Positions 1-8,675 of a stretch of DNA of 25,295 nucleotides are shown piece by piece. The notes beneath the pieces were generated by a model. The model was not told where the DNA came from and did not search any database. It was given only the letters and a program-made list of their open reading frames with translations. The stretch is taken from assembly GCA_023819025.1 (NCBI GenBank), contig JAMWDC010000001.1, positions 1 through 25,295 on the forward strand, written 5' to 3'. The translations under genes were made by a program, and so were the position numbers. Each line of letters begins with the position of its first letter. Position 1 is the first letter of the stretch. This stretch comes from Candidatus Omnitrophota bacterium. Its GTDB lineage: Bacteria; Omnitrophota; Omnitrophia; Omnitrophales; Aquincolibacteriaceae.

Positions 1-1
1 T

Positions 2-1309
2 GCTCATTACACCCTGTTCGAAGCATCCACGCTTGATAAGAAACGCGTCGTCTTGCAGGTTGCAGAACATATGGGGAAGAGTGATGTGCGTTGTATCTCC
101 TTGTCCGACACTCTCAATTTGCAGTTGAATGCATCGGTTGTCAACACACGGAAAACCGTAAAAATCCGCGTCGGCGACGAATTATTTGGCCGGATTATCA
201 ATGTCTTCGGAGAGCCCATTGATGGGATGGGGCCTCTCAAGTCTACGGAATTCAAAGTGACACGACGTCCACCACGCGAAGAAATATTTCAGATTAAAAG
301 TAAATATTCGGAAAAGGCCGAACTGTTAGAAACCGGCATTAGATATAGCGATGTGTTGTTTCCCTTGATCAAGGGCAGTAAGACGGGGGTTCTGGGGGGT
401 GCAGGGTGCGGCAAAAGCGTTGTGATTCTCGAATTGATCAATAACGTGGTTAAAAAGCACGATGGGGTTTGTGTTTTTGTCGGTATTGGCGAACGCATCC
501 GCGAAGGAAATGATCTTTTTAACGAACTCAGAGAAAACAATCTTCTCCCAAAAGTGAAGTTGGTTTTTGGTCAGATGAATGAACCCCCGGGCGCACGGTA
601 CGAATGCGTCAATACAGGGATTACTCTCGCCGAGGATTTGGCGGAACAAAATAAGGAGGTCCTCTTGTTTATGGACAATGTATTCCGATTTGTTCAAGGG
701 GGACAGGAAATCTCCACCCTGCTCGGGAGAGTCCCGGGAGAATCAGGTTATCAGCCGACCTTAGCGTCCGAAGTGAATTCCATCGAAGAAAGGATTCGTT
801 CGATCCACGGGGGAGGATCTATCACGTCTTATCAGGCCGTTTACGTTCCCGCAGATGATATGACCGATCCGGCAGTCGTTGCGCTTTTTAGCTGTTTGGA
901 CACAGTTTTGACCCTTTCTCGCGATCTCGCACAACGGGGTTTCTTCCCGGCGATTGATGCCCTTACCAGTTCTTCGTCCTTTCTTGATGCTCGCATTCTG
1001 GGCGAACGTCATTATAATGTTAGCCAGAAAATTATTGCACTGTTTGCAAAATATAATTCACTAAGGCGTATTGTTCAAGTTGTCGGTCTTGAGGAAATTC
1101 CGAAAGAGGACCAGATCGACTATAAACGCGGAGAAAAGCTTTTAAATTTCATGACGCAGCCCTTTACTGTTGCCGAGGCATTTACCGGAAAAAAAGGCGG
1201 ATTCGTTGCTCTAGAGGATGCTGTTTCGGATTGCGAAAAGATCCTAAATGGCGTCTATGATAAGTTGACTTCGCAAGATTTTTACTTGATCGGCCGAGCG
1301 CCGCACTAA
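2..1309 (+). CDS. atpD: F1-ATPase beta-subunit-like protein, divergent paralog; 5' end lies outside the window
   Basis: Frame is open from nt 2 (AHYTLFEASTLDKKRVVLQVAEHMG). Motifs: Walker A GGAGCGKS (395-418), GIGERIREGNDL, GQMNEPPGAR, FMDNVFRF, GYQPTL, YVPADDMTD, QPFTVAEAFTG. Not followed by atpC. Confidence 0.93.
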   Translation, partial: AHYTLFEASTLDKKRVVLQVAEHMGKSDVRCISLSDTLNLQLNASVVNTRKTVKIRVGDELFGRIINVFGEPIDGMGPLKSTEFKVTRRPPREEIFQIKSKYSEKAELLETGIRYSDVLFPLIKGSKTGVLGGAGCGKSVVILELINNVVKKHDGVCVFVGIGERIREGNDLFNELRENNLLPKVKLVFGQMNEPPGARYECVNTGITLAEDLAEQNKEVLLFMDNVFRFVQGGQEISTLLGRVPGESGYQPTLASEVNSIEERIRSIHGGGSITSYQAVYVPADDMTDPAVVALFSCLDTVLTLSRDLAQRGFFPAIDALTSSSSFLDARILGERHYNVSQKIIALFAKYNSLRRIVQVVGLEEIPKEDQIDYKRGEKLLNFMTQPFTVAEAFTGKKGGFVALEDAVSDCEKILNGVYDKLTSQDFYLIGRAPH

Positions 1310-1316
1310 GGTACTG

Positions 1317-3611
1317 ATGAATACTCCGATCGAGAGAACCGGCTATCGCATTGTCGCGGAATCCGGTTTTATCTCAAAAGAGGATTTAGATCGTATCTAT
1401 CGAGAATCAGAAAACTCGGATCTTACATTCTCCCAGCTCCTTGTCAGGAGTGGCCTCTTAAAAGAATCCGAGCTTCTTGGCTTGTACGCGAAACATCTGG
1501 GGATCCCCTTCATTAATTTGAAAACGCTTGTGATCGACAAAGCGATTCTATCCAAAGTACCGGTTAAATTTGCCGCCTATTACAAGTTCTTCCCCATGAG
1601 ATTGAACGACCGACGTTTAACCATCGCCATCTCAAAATTATTGGATGTCCATGTGTTGGATGAGATTCGTTTTGGCCTGGGATACGAGATCGAAACTGTG
1701 CTTGCTCCTGAAAAAGAGATTGAAGAAATGTTGAATCGTTACTATGGCTTGGGAGCCGATACGGTAGACAAGATCTTGACTCACGGTTCCGGTTTGTCTC
1801 CGGTTCCTTCCGAATCGATGTCAACACACGAAGTGGAGGATATCGAAACACTTGCAGAAACTCCCTCGGTTGTTCAACTGGTCAATCAGATTATTCTGGA
1901 TGCTTATAAAAAACGGGCAAGTGATATTCATTTAGAACCTTACCGTGACAAGGTCAGGTTGCGTTATCGCATCGATGGGCAGCTTTATGAACAAAACGTC
2001 CCACCTGAATGGAAGAAGTTTTTTATGTCCATTCTGTCGAGAATTAAGATCATGGCGAATCTTAACATTGTCGAACGGCGTTTGCCTCAGGACGGGAAAG
2101 CACGTGTCAAGACACAGGAACAAACTTTGGATTTGCGTATTTCATCGATTCCGACCCCTCACGGAGAAAGTATGGTGATTCGTCTTTTGCCGAGCCGGAT
2201 GATATTGAATCTCGATCAAATCGGCTTCCATGAGGAACATCGCAGGACATTCGAAGCTCTTATTCGGAAACCCCACGGGGTCATTTTCATGACGGGGCCT
2301 ACGGGGAGCGGGAAAAGCACCACGCTTTACGCCGGTCTGAATGCGTTGAATACCGTCGAGAGAAAAATCATCACAATTGAAGATCCTGTGGAATACGAAT
2401 TGGAAGGAATCGCCCAACTTCAAGTGACGCCGGAGATCGGGTTGACCTTTGCACGCGGTTTAAGAAACATGTTGCGTCATGATCCCGATGTGATGATGGT
2501 AGGGGAGGTTAGGGATTTGGAGACTGCGGACATTGCAATTCGAGCCGCATTGACCGGTCATTTAATCTTGTCAACCCTTCATACGAACGATGCGTCGAGC
2601 GGAGTCACACGGCTTCTGGATATTGGTGTTGAACCCTATTTGATTGCTTCGAGTGTGGTGGCATTTATTGCCCAGCGGTTAGTGCGTGTTGTCTGTCCCC
2701 ATTGTTCTCAAGAGAAGCAGGTATCTGCGGAGGTCCGGGCGATGATTGCGGCCGATCTTGAAATGTCCCATGACGAGGAGATGGTACTCCGGGCTGGGAG
2801 AGGTTGTGATGAGTGTAACGGTACAGGTTTTTGGGGGCGAACTGCAATCCATGAAATTCTCATTGTGAACGAAAAAATCCGTGAACTTATCTTCCGTCGT
2901 GCTTCATCGGAGGAGATTAAATTAAGGGCGCGCGAGTTGGGAATGGTAACACTCCGTCGGGATGGATGGCGTAAGGTTTTGAGCGGGCTGACCACCCCGG
3001 AAGAAGTTTTACAGCTGACCCCGGCCGATGAAGTGATGGAAAAGCAGTTATCCGCGCCCCCTCACTTGACTAAAAAAGAAGACGGAGAGGGTTTGTTGCT
3101 TTCCTCGATCGAAGCGGATCAAGGACCTCCACATGAGCGCGATGAAACTTCTCTTGTTCAGGATAAGCCTAAACGGCCAGAACGCGTGGGTCCGTCAGAG
3201 ACTAAGCAGATGCTTTCGGCGTTTACGGATCGAAGGAGTTATCCCCGGATCAAAATTGAAGCGTCGGTCAAGTTTCGAGTCATCGATATCAGTCAGGTGA
3301 TATCGGTTCAAGAAGGTTCCCCCCAATGGGACCAGATGGGCAAAACCGAAGACGTTAGTGCGAGCGGTGTTGCATTTTTAACCCATCATTTTCTGACTCT
3401 GGGAAATGTCCTAGAAATGACGATTCTACTTCCCGACAAACAGCAGAAAGAGATTCATTGCGTAGGTCGCGTGATTCGGGTGGTACGAGTGCTGGATTCG
3501 ACGCCACCCCGTGCAGAGTATGCGTACAAAGTGGCCGTCTCTTTTCTTGCGATTCCCAGTGATGACCGTTTACGGATCGAACATTTCTGCAAGGAGCAGG
3601 GATCGGGGTGA
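1317..3611 (+). CDS. gspE: GspE/PilB-family secretion/pilus assembly ATPase with C-terminal PilZ domain
   Basis: Walker A GPTGSGKST, TIEDPVE Asp box, VMMVGEVRD Walker B, LSTLHTND His box, CPHC...CDEC zinc motif. C-terminal RRSYPR and DVSASG are PilZ motifs. Confidence 0.95.
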   Translation: MNTPIERTGYRIVAESGFISKEDLDRIYRESENSDLTFSQLLVRSGLLKESELLGLYAKHLGIPFINLKTLVIDKAILSKVPVKFAAYYKFFPMRLNDRRLTIAISKLLDVHVLDEIRFGLGYEIETVLAPEKEIEEMLNRYYGLGADTVDKILTHGSGLSPVPSESMSTHEVEDIETLAETPSVVQLVNQIILDAYKKRASDIHLEPYRDKVRLRYRIDGQLYEQNVPPEWKKFFMSILSRIKIMANLNIVERRLPQDGKARVKTQEQTLDLRISSIPTPHGESMVIRLLPSRMILNLDQIGFHEEHRRTFEALIRKPHGVIFMTGPTGSGKSTTLYAGLNALNTVERKIITIEDPVEYELEGIAQLQVTPEIGLTFARGLRNMLRHDPDVMMVGEVRDLETADIAIRAALTGHLILSTLHTNDASSGVTRLLDIGVEPYLIASSVVAFIAQRLVRVVCPHCSQEKQVSAEVRAMIAADLEMSHDEEMVLRAGRGCDECNGTGFWGRTAIHEILIVNEKIRELIFRRASSEEIKLRARELGMVTLRRDGWRKVLSGLTTPEEVLQLTPADEVMEKQLSAPPHLTKKEDGEGLLLSSIEADQGPPHERDETSLVQDKPKRPERVGPSETKQMLSAFTDRRSYPRIKIEASVKFRVIDISQVISVQEGSPQWDQMGKTEDVSASGVAFLTHHFLTLGNVLEMTILLPDKQQKEIHCVGRVIRVVRVLDSTPPRAEYAYKVAVSFLAIPSDDRLRIEHFCKEQGSG

Positions 3612-4828
3612 AAAAATTTTGCTATCGGGCTAAAAAAGGGCCTCATGAAACGGTTGAAGGAATCGTAACTGCGGAATCCCAGGATGAAGCGATCGACAAG
3701 ATCAATCAGATGGGCCTTTTTGCAGTTGATGTCAAAGTCCAACGCCCCAACTATACCCCCCGGGGTTTAGTTTTCCGACTGAGAAGAAATAAAATGAAAG
3801 GGCGCGATATCATCGCGTTTTACCGACATTTAGGCCGGCTGACGCGATCCGGCGTGCCCATCTTACGGGCGCTGAATTTAATTACCGAGCAAATTCAATC
3901 CGAAACAGTAAAATCGATTTTGGAAGATATTCAAATGGCAGTCCGTCAGGGACATACGTTGTCTTCAGCCCTTGCGATCCACCCAACGATATTTTCTCCT
4001 TTTGATATTGCCATGATCCAAGCCGGTGAAAGCGCAGGACATATGGAAGAAGCGCTCATCAAGGTTGTGAACTATCGTGAACAGTTCGAGAGCCTGTCTT
4101 CCAAGGTCCGTTCAGCATTGGCTTATCCCTTATTGGTCCTTTCGGCAGGTATTTTAACTGCAGGCTTTATGTTGTATTATGTGGTACCCCGCTATATGCG
4201 GTTCTTTTCCGATTTGGGACAACAATTACCTTTGCTGACCCGGATTCTGATTGCCGTGAGTCAATGGATTACGACTTATGGGATATGGATTTTACTCCTA
4301 GGGATTTTATCTTCAATCGCGATAAGAAAGGTGTTGACTTTGAAATCGTACCGACAACGCTTCCACCAGATCCTGCTCGAAATCCCGCTTCTTGGAAGCC
4401 TCTTCATAAAAATTGAAACCGTTCATTTGACACGGACACTGGCGTTACTCGTGAAAAGCGGTATCCCGGTTCTGAACGCCGTGAAAATTGCAATTCCCGT
4501 CCTCAGGAATGAGGGCATGAAACACGAACTTGAACAATGCTATCAGATGATCGAAGATGGACGGTCCTTAAGTGAGAGTTTGCGACATTCAAAGTATTTC
4601 CCGGGGTTATTGATCCAGTTGGTGACTTTGGGTGAGGAATCCGGCCGGCTCGACGAGGCCTTAACCGAAATTGCGGATTGGTATGAGCGAGATACGGTCG
4701 AGGTAATCCATATCGGGACCCAGCTTTTAGAACCCGGCGTTATTTTACTGGTTGGATTATTTTTAGGGCTTGTGGTGATATCGGTTCTCTTACCCGTTTT
4801 CAGTATTCAGGCAACGATCGTTTCCTAA
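3608..4828 (+). CDS. gspF: GspF/PilC inner-membrane platform protein
   Basis: N-terminal FCYRAKKG, duplicated SGVPILRAL / SGIPVLNAV helices, AGESAGHM and LGEESGRL, LAYP, LEP, three TM segments. GTG start overlaps the gspE stop (GTGA). Confidence 0.93.
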   Translation: MKKFCYRAKKGPHETVEGIVTAESQDEAIDKINQMGLFAVDVKVQRPNYTPRGLVFRLRRNKMKGRDIIAFYRHLGRLTRSGVPILRALNLITEQIQSETVKSILEDIQMAVRQGHTLSSALAIHPTIFSPFDIAMIQAGESAGHMEEALIKVVNYREQFESLSSKVRSALAYPLLVLSAGILTAGFMLYYVVPRYMRFFSDLGQQLPLLTRILIAVSQWITTYGIWILLLGILSSIAIRKVLTLKSYRQRFHQILLEIPLLGSLFIKIETVHLTRTLALLVKSGIPVLNAVKIAIPVLRNEGMKHELEQCYQMIEDGRSLSESLRHSKYFPGLLIQLVTLGEESGRLDEALTEIADWYERDTVEVIHIGTQLLEPGVILLVGLFLGLVVISVLLPVFSIQATIVS

Positions 4829-4909
4829 GCAGAGAGGAGAAGGGAAGACGAAGATGATTCTCGTCGGGTGGTGGTTTAAAAACGCTGTGAGCATGGAATG
4901 GAGGCTTTC

Positions 4910-5350
4910 ATGAAAGTACGTCGTGCGTTGGTTTATGGAAGAAAAGGTTTCAGTTTAATTGAAATTTTATTGGTGGTGATTATCATCGGCACTTTATCAG
5001 CAATGGTTGTTCCAAGATTGTTGGGCCGATCCGACCAAGCCCGCATCACAGCAGCCAAAGCGGATATTGAAGTTAATATTCCCACCGCTTTGAAGTTATA
5101 CGAACTCGACAACGGATTTTTCCCCACGACCGAGCAGGGACTCAACGCGCTTTTAAAGAAACCGACCTCAAGTCCGGAGCCCCAAAATTGGAATGGGCCC
5201 TACTTGGAGAAAATACCGATGGATCCTTGGGGGAGGCCTTATCAATATCGATCGCCCGGGACTCAACGTCCGCACGATTATGATCTTTTCTCGAAGGGTA
5301 AAAATGACCGCGCTGAAAAGACTGACGACGATATTGTCAATTGGGAGTAG
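4910..5350 (+). CDS. gspG: Major pseudopilin GspG
   Basis: Class III signal G|FSLIEILLVV, LYELDNGFFPTTEQGLNAL, WNGPYL, DPWGRPYQYRSPG, C-terminal DDDIVNW. GGAGG at 4900-4904 favours ATG 4910 over the track start at 4898. Confidence 0.93.
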   Translation: MKVRRALVYGRKGFSLIEILLVVIIIGTLSAMVVPRLLGRSDQARITAAKADIEVNIPTALKLYELDNGFFPTTEQGLNALLKKPTSSPEPQNWNGPYLEKIPMDPWGRPYQYRSPGTQRPHDYDLFSKGKNDRAEKTDDDIVNWE

Positions 5351-5363
5351 CTCATCGCATCGG

Positions 5364-5756
5364 ATGAAAACCCAAACGGGCATGATTCTGCTCGAAATTT
5401 TATTGAGTGTGTTAGTGCTATCCGTCGGGCTTATCGCCGTCTATCGGCCTCTTTTGGCGTCTCTCAGTGCCCTCGATTATGCCGATACGCGGCTCGAAGC
5501 CCGCCATTTTATCGCAGACCGAATCTGGGAATGTCAACGCGCCATCCTTGAGAAGAAACGGCTGCCGACCATGGTCCAGAAGCAGCCGGTGGTATTGAAT
5601 AAACGGCAGGCTTATTATCAGGTGAAGATCATGCCTTTGAGTCCCGATAACCATTTGCTACGATTGAATCATGTGGTTTGGTGGCGCGCTGGCGGGCGTA
5701 TCAAAAATGTCAAACAATTCACCTACGTCAATCTGCCCTATGAGAAAAATTCGTAA
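5364..5756 (+). CDS. Minor pseudopilin, GspI/PilV-like
   Basis: MKTQTG|MILLEILLSVLVLSVGL: class III signal with Glu+5. The track ORF from 5193 over-extends into gspG; ATG 5364 is in frame. Confidence 0.75.
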   Translation: MKTQTGMILLEILLSVLVLSVGLIAVYRPLLASLSALDYADTRLEARHFIADRIWECQRAILEKKRLPTMVQKQPVVLNKRQAYYQVKIMPLSPDNHLLRLNHVVWWRAGGRIKNVKQFTYVNLPYEKNS

Positions 5757-6360
5757 TCAGTCGGGTTTAACCATGATGGAGATCTTGGTGGCTGTTTTAA
5801 TTATTTCTTTTTTGGCTGGAGTTCTCTATACTACTTTTTCTCACGGCATGGATGTATGGCGCCGAGCCGTGAGGGGATTTCCGGAATCAGATATGGATAT
5901 TTTTTTTGATAAAGTATCTACGGATTTGAGAAATGCCTTTGCCTTTTTGCCTAAATCATTAATGGGTACAACCCATTCCGTACAATTTTATACCCTCGTC
6001 CCCTCAGGGGATTTTACAGTAACCATCGTCAAAGAGCCCATGCAGGAGCCGGCTCGTGTTCGTTATGATTTCGATCGAGACCATAAGGCGATCTGGAGGC
6101 GTCAGGAACGGTACCCTCAAATTCTTTACGCCTACAGCGGACTCCAACCACGGGTCGCAAAGTTAGCCGAGGGCATTTCGAATATCGAACTTGAGTACTA
6201 TGCCTATGATGAAAACGCTAAAAAATTTGTCTGGTCTTCCGGTTGGGATAAGTCGTATTTGCCGTGTGCAGTGAGAATGAAGCTGACTTCTGAAAAGCCG
6301 TCGGCGAAAAAGGTGTTCATGCGTGTCATTTCGATCCCTGCGGGTATGACAGCCAATTAA
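5740..6360 (+). CDS. Minor pseudopilin, GspJ/PilW-like
   Basis: MRKIRNQSG|LTMMEILVAV, DKVSTDLRNAF, C-terminal LPCAVRMKL typical of GspJ. ATG 5740 is in frame with the track ORF from 5671. Confidence 0.78.
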   Translation: MRKIRNQSGLTMMEILVAVLIISFLAGVLYTTFSHGMDVWRRAVRGFPESDMDIFFDKVSTDLRNAFAFLPKSLMGTTHSVQFYTLVPSGDFTVTIVKEPMQEPARVRYDFDRDHKAIWRRQERYPQILYAYSGLQPRVAKLAEGISNIELEYYAYDENAKKFVWSSGWDKSYLPCAVRMKLTSEKPSAKKVFMRVISIPAGMTAN

Positions 6361-6370
6361 GGAGTTCAGG

Positions 6371-7870
6371 GTGGGTAAGGTACGGCTTCCGGTGTCGGGT
6401 TTGATTCCGTCGGGCCGCATGCGGGATTTGGTCGCTGTGGATTTATCATCCAGTTCGGTCAAAGTAGTCCACGCGACTCGGGGTCCGGAAGAATTGGTTG
6501 CCTTTCGTCATCTAAACACCAGAGAATTTGGTGAGAACGCCGATGATGAAATCAGTCAATATCTTGCGGGTTGCATTAAGGAATTCGGTGTCTCTTCCAG
6601 AGATATCTTATGCATGATCCCCTCCACACTTTTTATCTCTAAAAACGTCGATATGCCTTCCAGTGACAGGGAAGAGATCGATAAAATTATTGATCTGCAA
6701 GCAGGTCGCTATACGCCTTATTCCCGTGACGAGATCGTGATTGATTATGTCTGCATGGAGACGACCGGGCAACATTATACGAATGTCTTGCTGATCATCG
6801 TGAATCGGCAAGTGGTCGATCGCTATCTGCAGGTTGCGGGAAAGGCGGGGCTGAATATCGAGCGGTTTGTGATTTCTTCAGAAGGAATGGCGAATTGTTA
6901 TGATGCCATGGATGAAACGGGATCCGATTCGTATGCCGTCGGAGGAATCCATATTGAGGAGAATTTTTCCGACTTTACCGTCATCAACAATCATCAGATG
7001 GTATTTGTCCGGAATATACCGGTTGGGTTCAATCATTTCAAAAAGGATCGGGAGCATGCCCTCAACGATTTTTTGGGTGAGCTGGACAAATCCGTGGTTG
7101 CTTACCGGGATCAAGGCGTAGGGAAAACCATCAAGTCGATGATCGTTACGGGTTTGATCGACGGGCTTGCTTTTTTGGAGGAATCTATTCGAAAGACGAT
7201 CAACCGGCTTTACGGTCCGGGTGGCGAAGTGAAGTTCGTCCCGTACGCTACACTTTTCCAGGCCGAGAGTGATTTAACTCAGCGCCTAGAATCGGAACAG
7301 AAGAATTCTTTTTTCCCCCTGATGGCGTCTCTTTCGGCTTTATTGTTTTTAAAAATCGATTTGACCCCCAAAGAAATCAAGTTAAAAAGGCGCGTCCGGC
7401 AAGGCAGTAAAGAGGTGATGACCTTAGGCATTTTGATCATGGTATGTCTTGTCTTATGGTGCTTATATCTCGCAACAAAGATTTATATCAAAAGTGACAT
7501 TATCCAAAAATTGGATGAGATCCAATCTTCTACCGCGGAAGATGCGCGTCTTTTAGAACGAGCCTCAACGAAAACGCGTGTTGTCAAATCGTTGCTCAAG
7601 GACCGGGGAAAAGCGCTCTATGTCTTTGAAAGGGTGACGTCGTTAATTGGGAAAGAAATCTATTTGACGGATTTTAGCTACGATACGGCGGGGGATATTT
7701 TGCTTGTGGGGACGGCAAATTCAATGTCTCGGGTTTTTGCGTTTGTTTCCGAACTTGAGGAATCAAATTACTTTAGCAGCGTTAAAACCAAATCGACCAA
7801 GACGCGTCGTGTTGGACAAATGGACGTTGCCGATTTTGAAATTGAGTGCACATTGTCCGGGGAAATTTAG
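6371..7870 (+). CDS. PilM-PilN fusion (GspL-like assembly protein)
   Basis: N-terminal actin-like AVDLSSSSVKVV, internal IDLTP (PilN INLLP-like), one TM segment, C-terminal PilN-like domain (FVSELEESNYFSSV...DFEIEC). AAGGAG at 6359-6364 precedes GTG 6371. Confidence 0.78.
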   Translation: MGKVRLPVSGLIPSGRMRDLVAVDLSSSSVKVVHATRGPEELVAFRHLNTREFGENADDEISQYLAGCIKEFGVSSRDILCMIPSTLFISKNVDMPSSDREEIDKIIDLQAGRYTPYSRDEIVIDYVCMETTGQHYTNVLLIIVNRQVVDRYLQVAGKAGLNIERFVISSEGMANCYDAMDETGSDSYAVGGIHIEENFSDFTVINNHQMVFVRNIPVGFNHFKKDREHALNDFLGELDKSVVAYRDQGVGKTIKSMIVTGLIDGLAFLEESIRKTINRLYGPGGEVKFVPYATLFQAESDLTQRLESEQKNSFFPLMASLSALLFLKIDLTPKEIKLKRRVRQGSKEVMTLGILIMVCLVLWCLYLATKIYIKSDIIQKLDEIQSSTAEDARLLERASTKTRVVKSLLKDRGKALYVFERVTSLIGKEIYLTDFSYDTAGDILLVGTANSMSRVFAFVSELEESNYFSSVKTKSTKTRRVGQMDVADFEIECTLSGEI

Positions 7871-7878
7871 GTGTTTGG

Positions 7879-8616
7879 ATGATTGTTGAACAAGTCGAAA
7901 CGTTTTATTCCAAGCTGTCAAAAAACGGGCAATTACTTTTCATTATTGCCGTGATCTCTTCTCTGATGGCGCTCATGGATTTGCTAGTGTTAGGTCCTAT
8001 CCTGACCCATATCCATTCCATGGATTTGGATATAGCGGACAAAACAGCGGCGTTGAAGCGTGATTTGAGGATCTTATCGTTCCGGGATGGGATCTTGTCA
8101 GAATATAAGAAGTATCAATCTTATTTGGATTCCGGCGAGAAGACCCAAGAACAGATCGTGTCGGCTTTATTGAATAAGATCGAGTCCTTTGCGAAGGAAA
8201 AATCGGTATCGATATCAGATGTTCAACCCGGGGATATGACAGAAAGTTCCATTTTTCAGATCTATAAGACGTCATTATCGGGCGAAGGTAAACTCTTAGA
8301 TGTTTTGCAATTTATGGACATGCTTGAAGAATCCGATTACCTATTTCGGGTGATCAAGTTTACATTAACCCCGAAATCGAAAGGTGCCGACGTCATGAAA
8401 TTTACTTTAGATATCGAACGGGTCCTTGTGGCAGGTGAAGAGATCACTCTTGAAGTTGACAAGGAGGCCTCCGGTCTGTCTCTCGAAGAATCAGCGGAAG
8501 CGGCTGAGGAATCGACGAGTGAGACAGACGCAATATTGGATGAGGCCGGTTCCAACACAGAACTACCCCCGGATGAATCGGCAACCGAGGATGCGGCATC
8601 ACCCGCCGGTGTGTAA
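7879..8616 (+). CDS. PilO/GspM-like bitopic protein with acidic low-complexity tail
   Basis: LSKNGQLL followed by a TM segment, coiled coil and a ferredoxin-like pattern (SLSGEGKLLDVLQFMDMLE). Sits after the PilMN fusion. Start is uncertain (7846 or 7879). Confidence 0.68.
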   Translation: MIVEQVETFYSKLSKNGQLLFIIAVISSLMALMDLLVLGPILTHIHSMDLDIADKTAALKRDLRILSFRDGILSEYKKYQSYLDSGEKTQEQIVSALLNKIESFAKEKSVSISDVQPGDMTESSIFQIYKTSLSGEGKLLDVLQFMDMLEESDYLFRVIKFTLTPKSKGADVMKFTLDIERVLVAGEEITLEVDKEASGLSLEESAEAAEESTSETDAILDEAGSNTELPPDESATEDAASPAGV

Positions 8617-8675
8617 AGGTTCAAATTTGGACAGTACGGAAGAAGTTTTTTGGGGGAATCCGTCTGATTGTAAAC

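Noticed and set aside
2-1309. Calling the beta-like gene a flagellar/T3SS export ATPase (FliI/SctN) or an ordinary housekeeping atpD
   Set aside because: MNEPPGAR, GYQPTL, YVPADD and QPFxVAExFTG are F1-beta-specific, but the divergence and missing atpC argue against assuming the canonical synthase.
5193-5363. Long N-terminal extensions of track ORFs 5193-5756, 5671-6360 and 18713-19213
   Set aside because: They overlap upstream genes; the class III signals and TAATG coupling point to later starts (5364, 5740, 19144).
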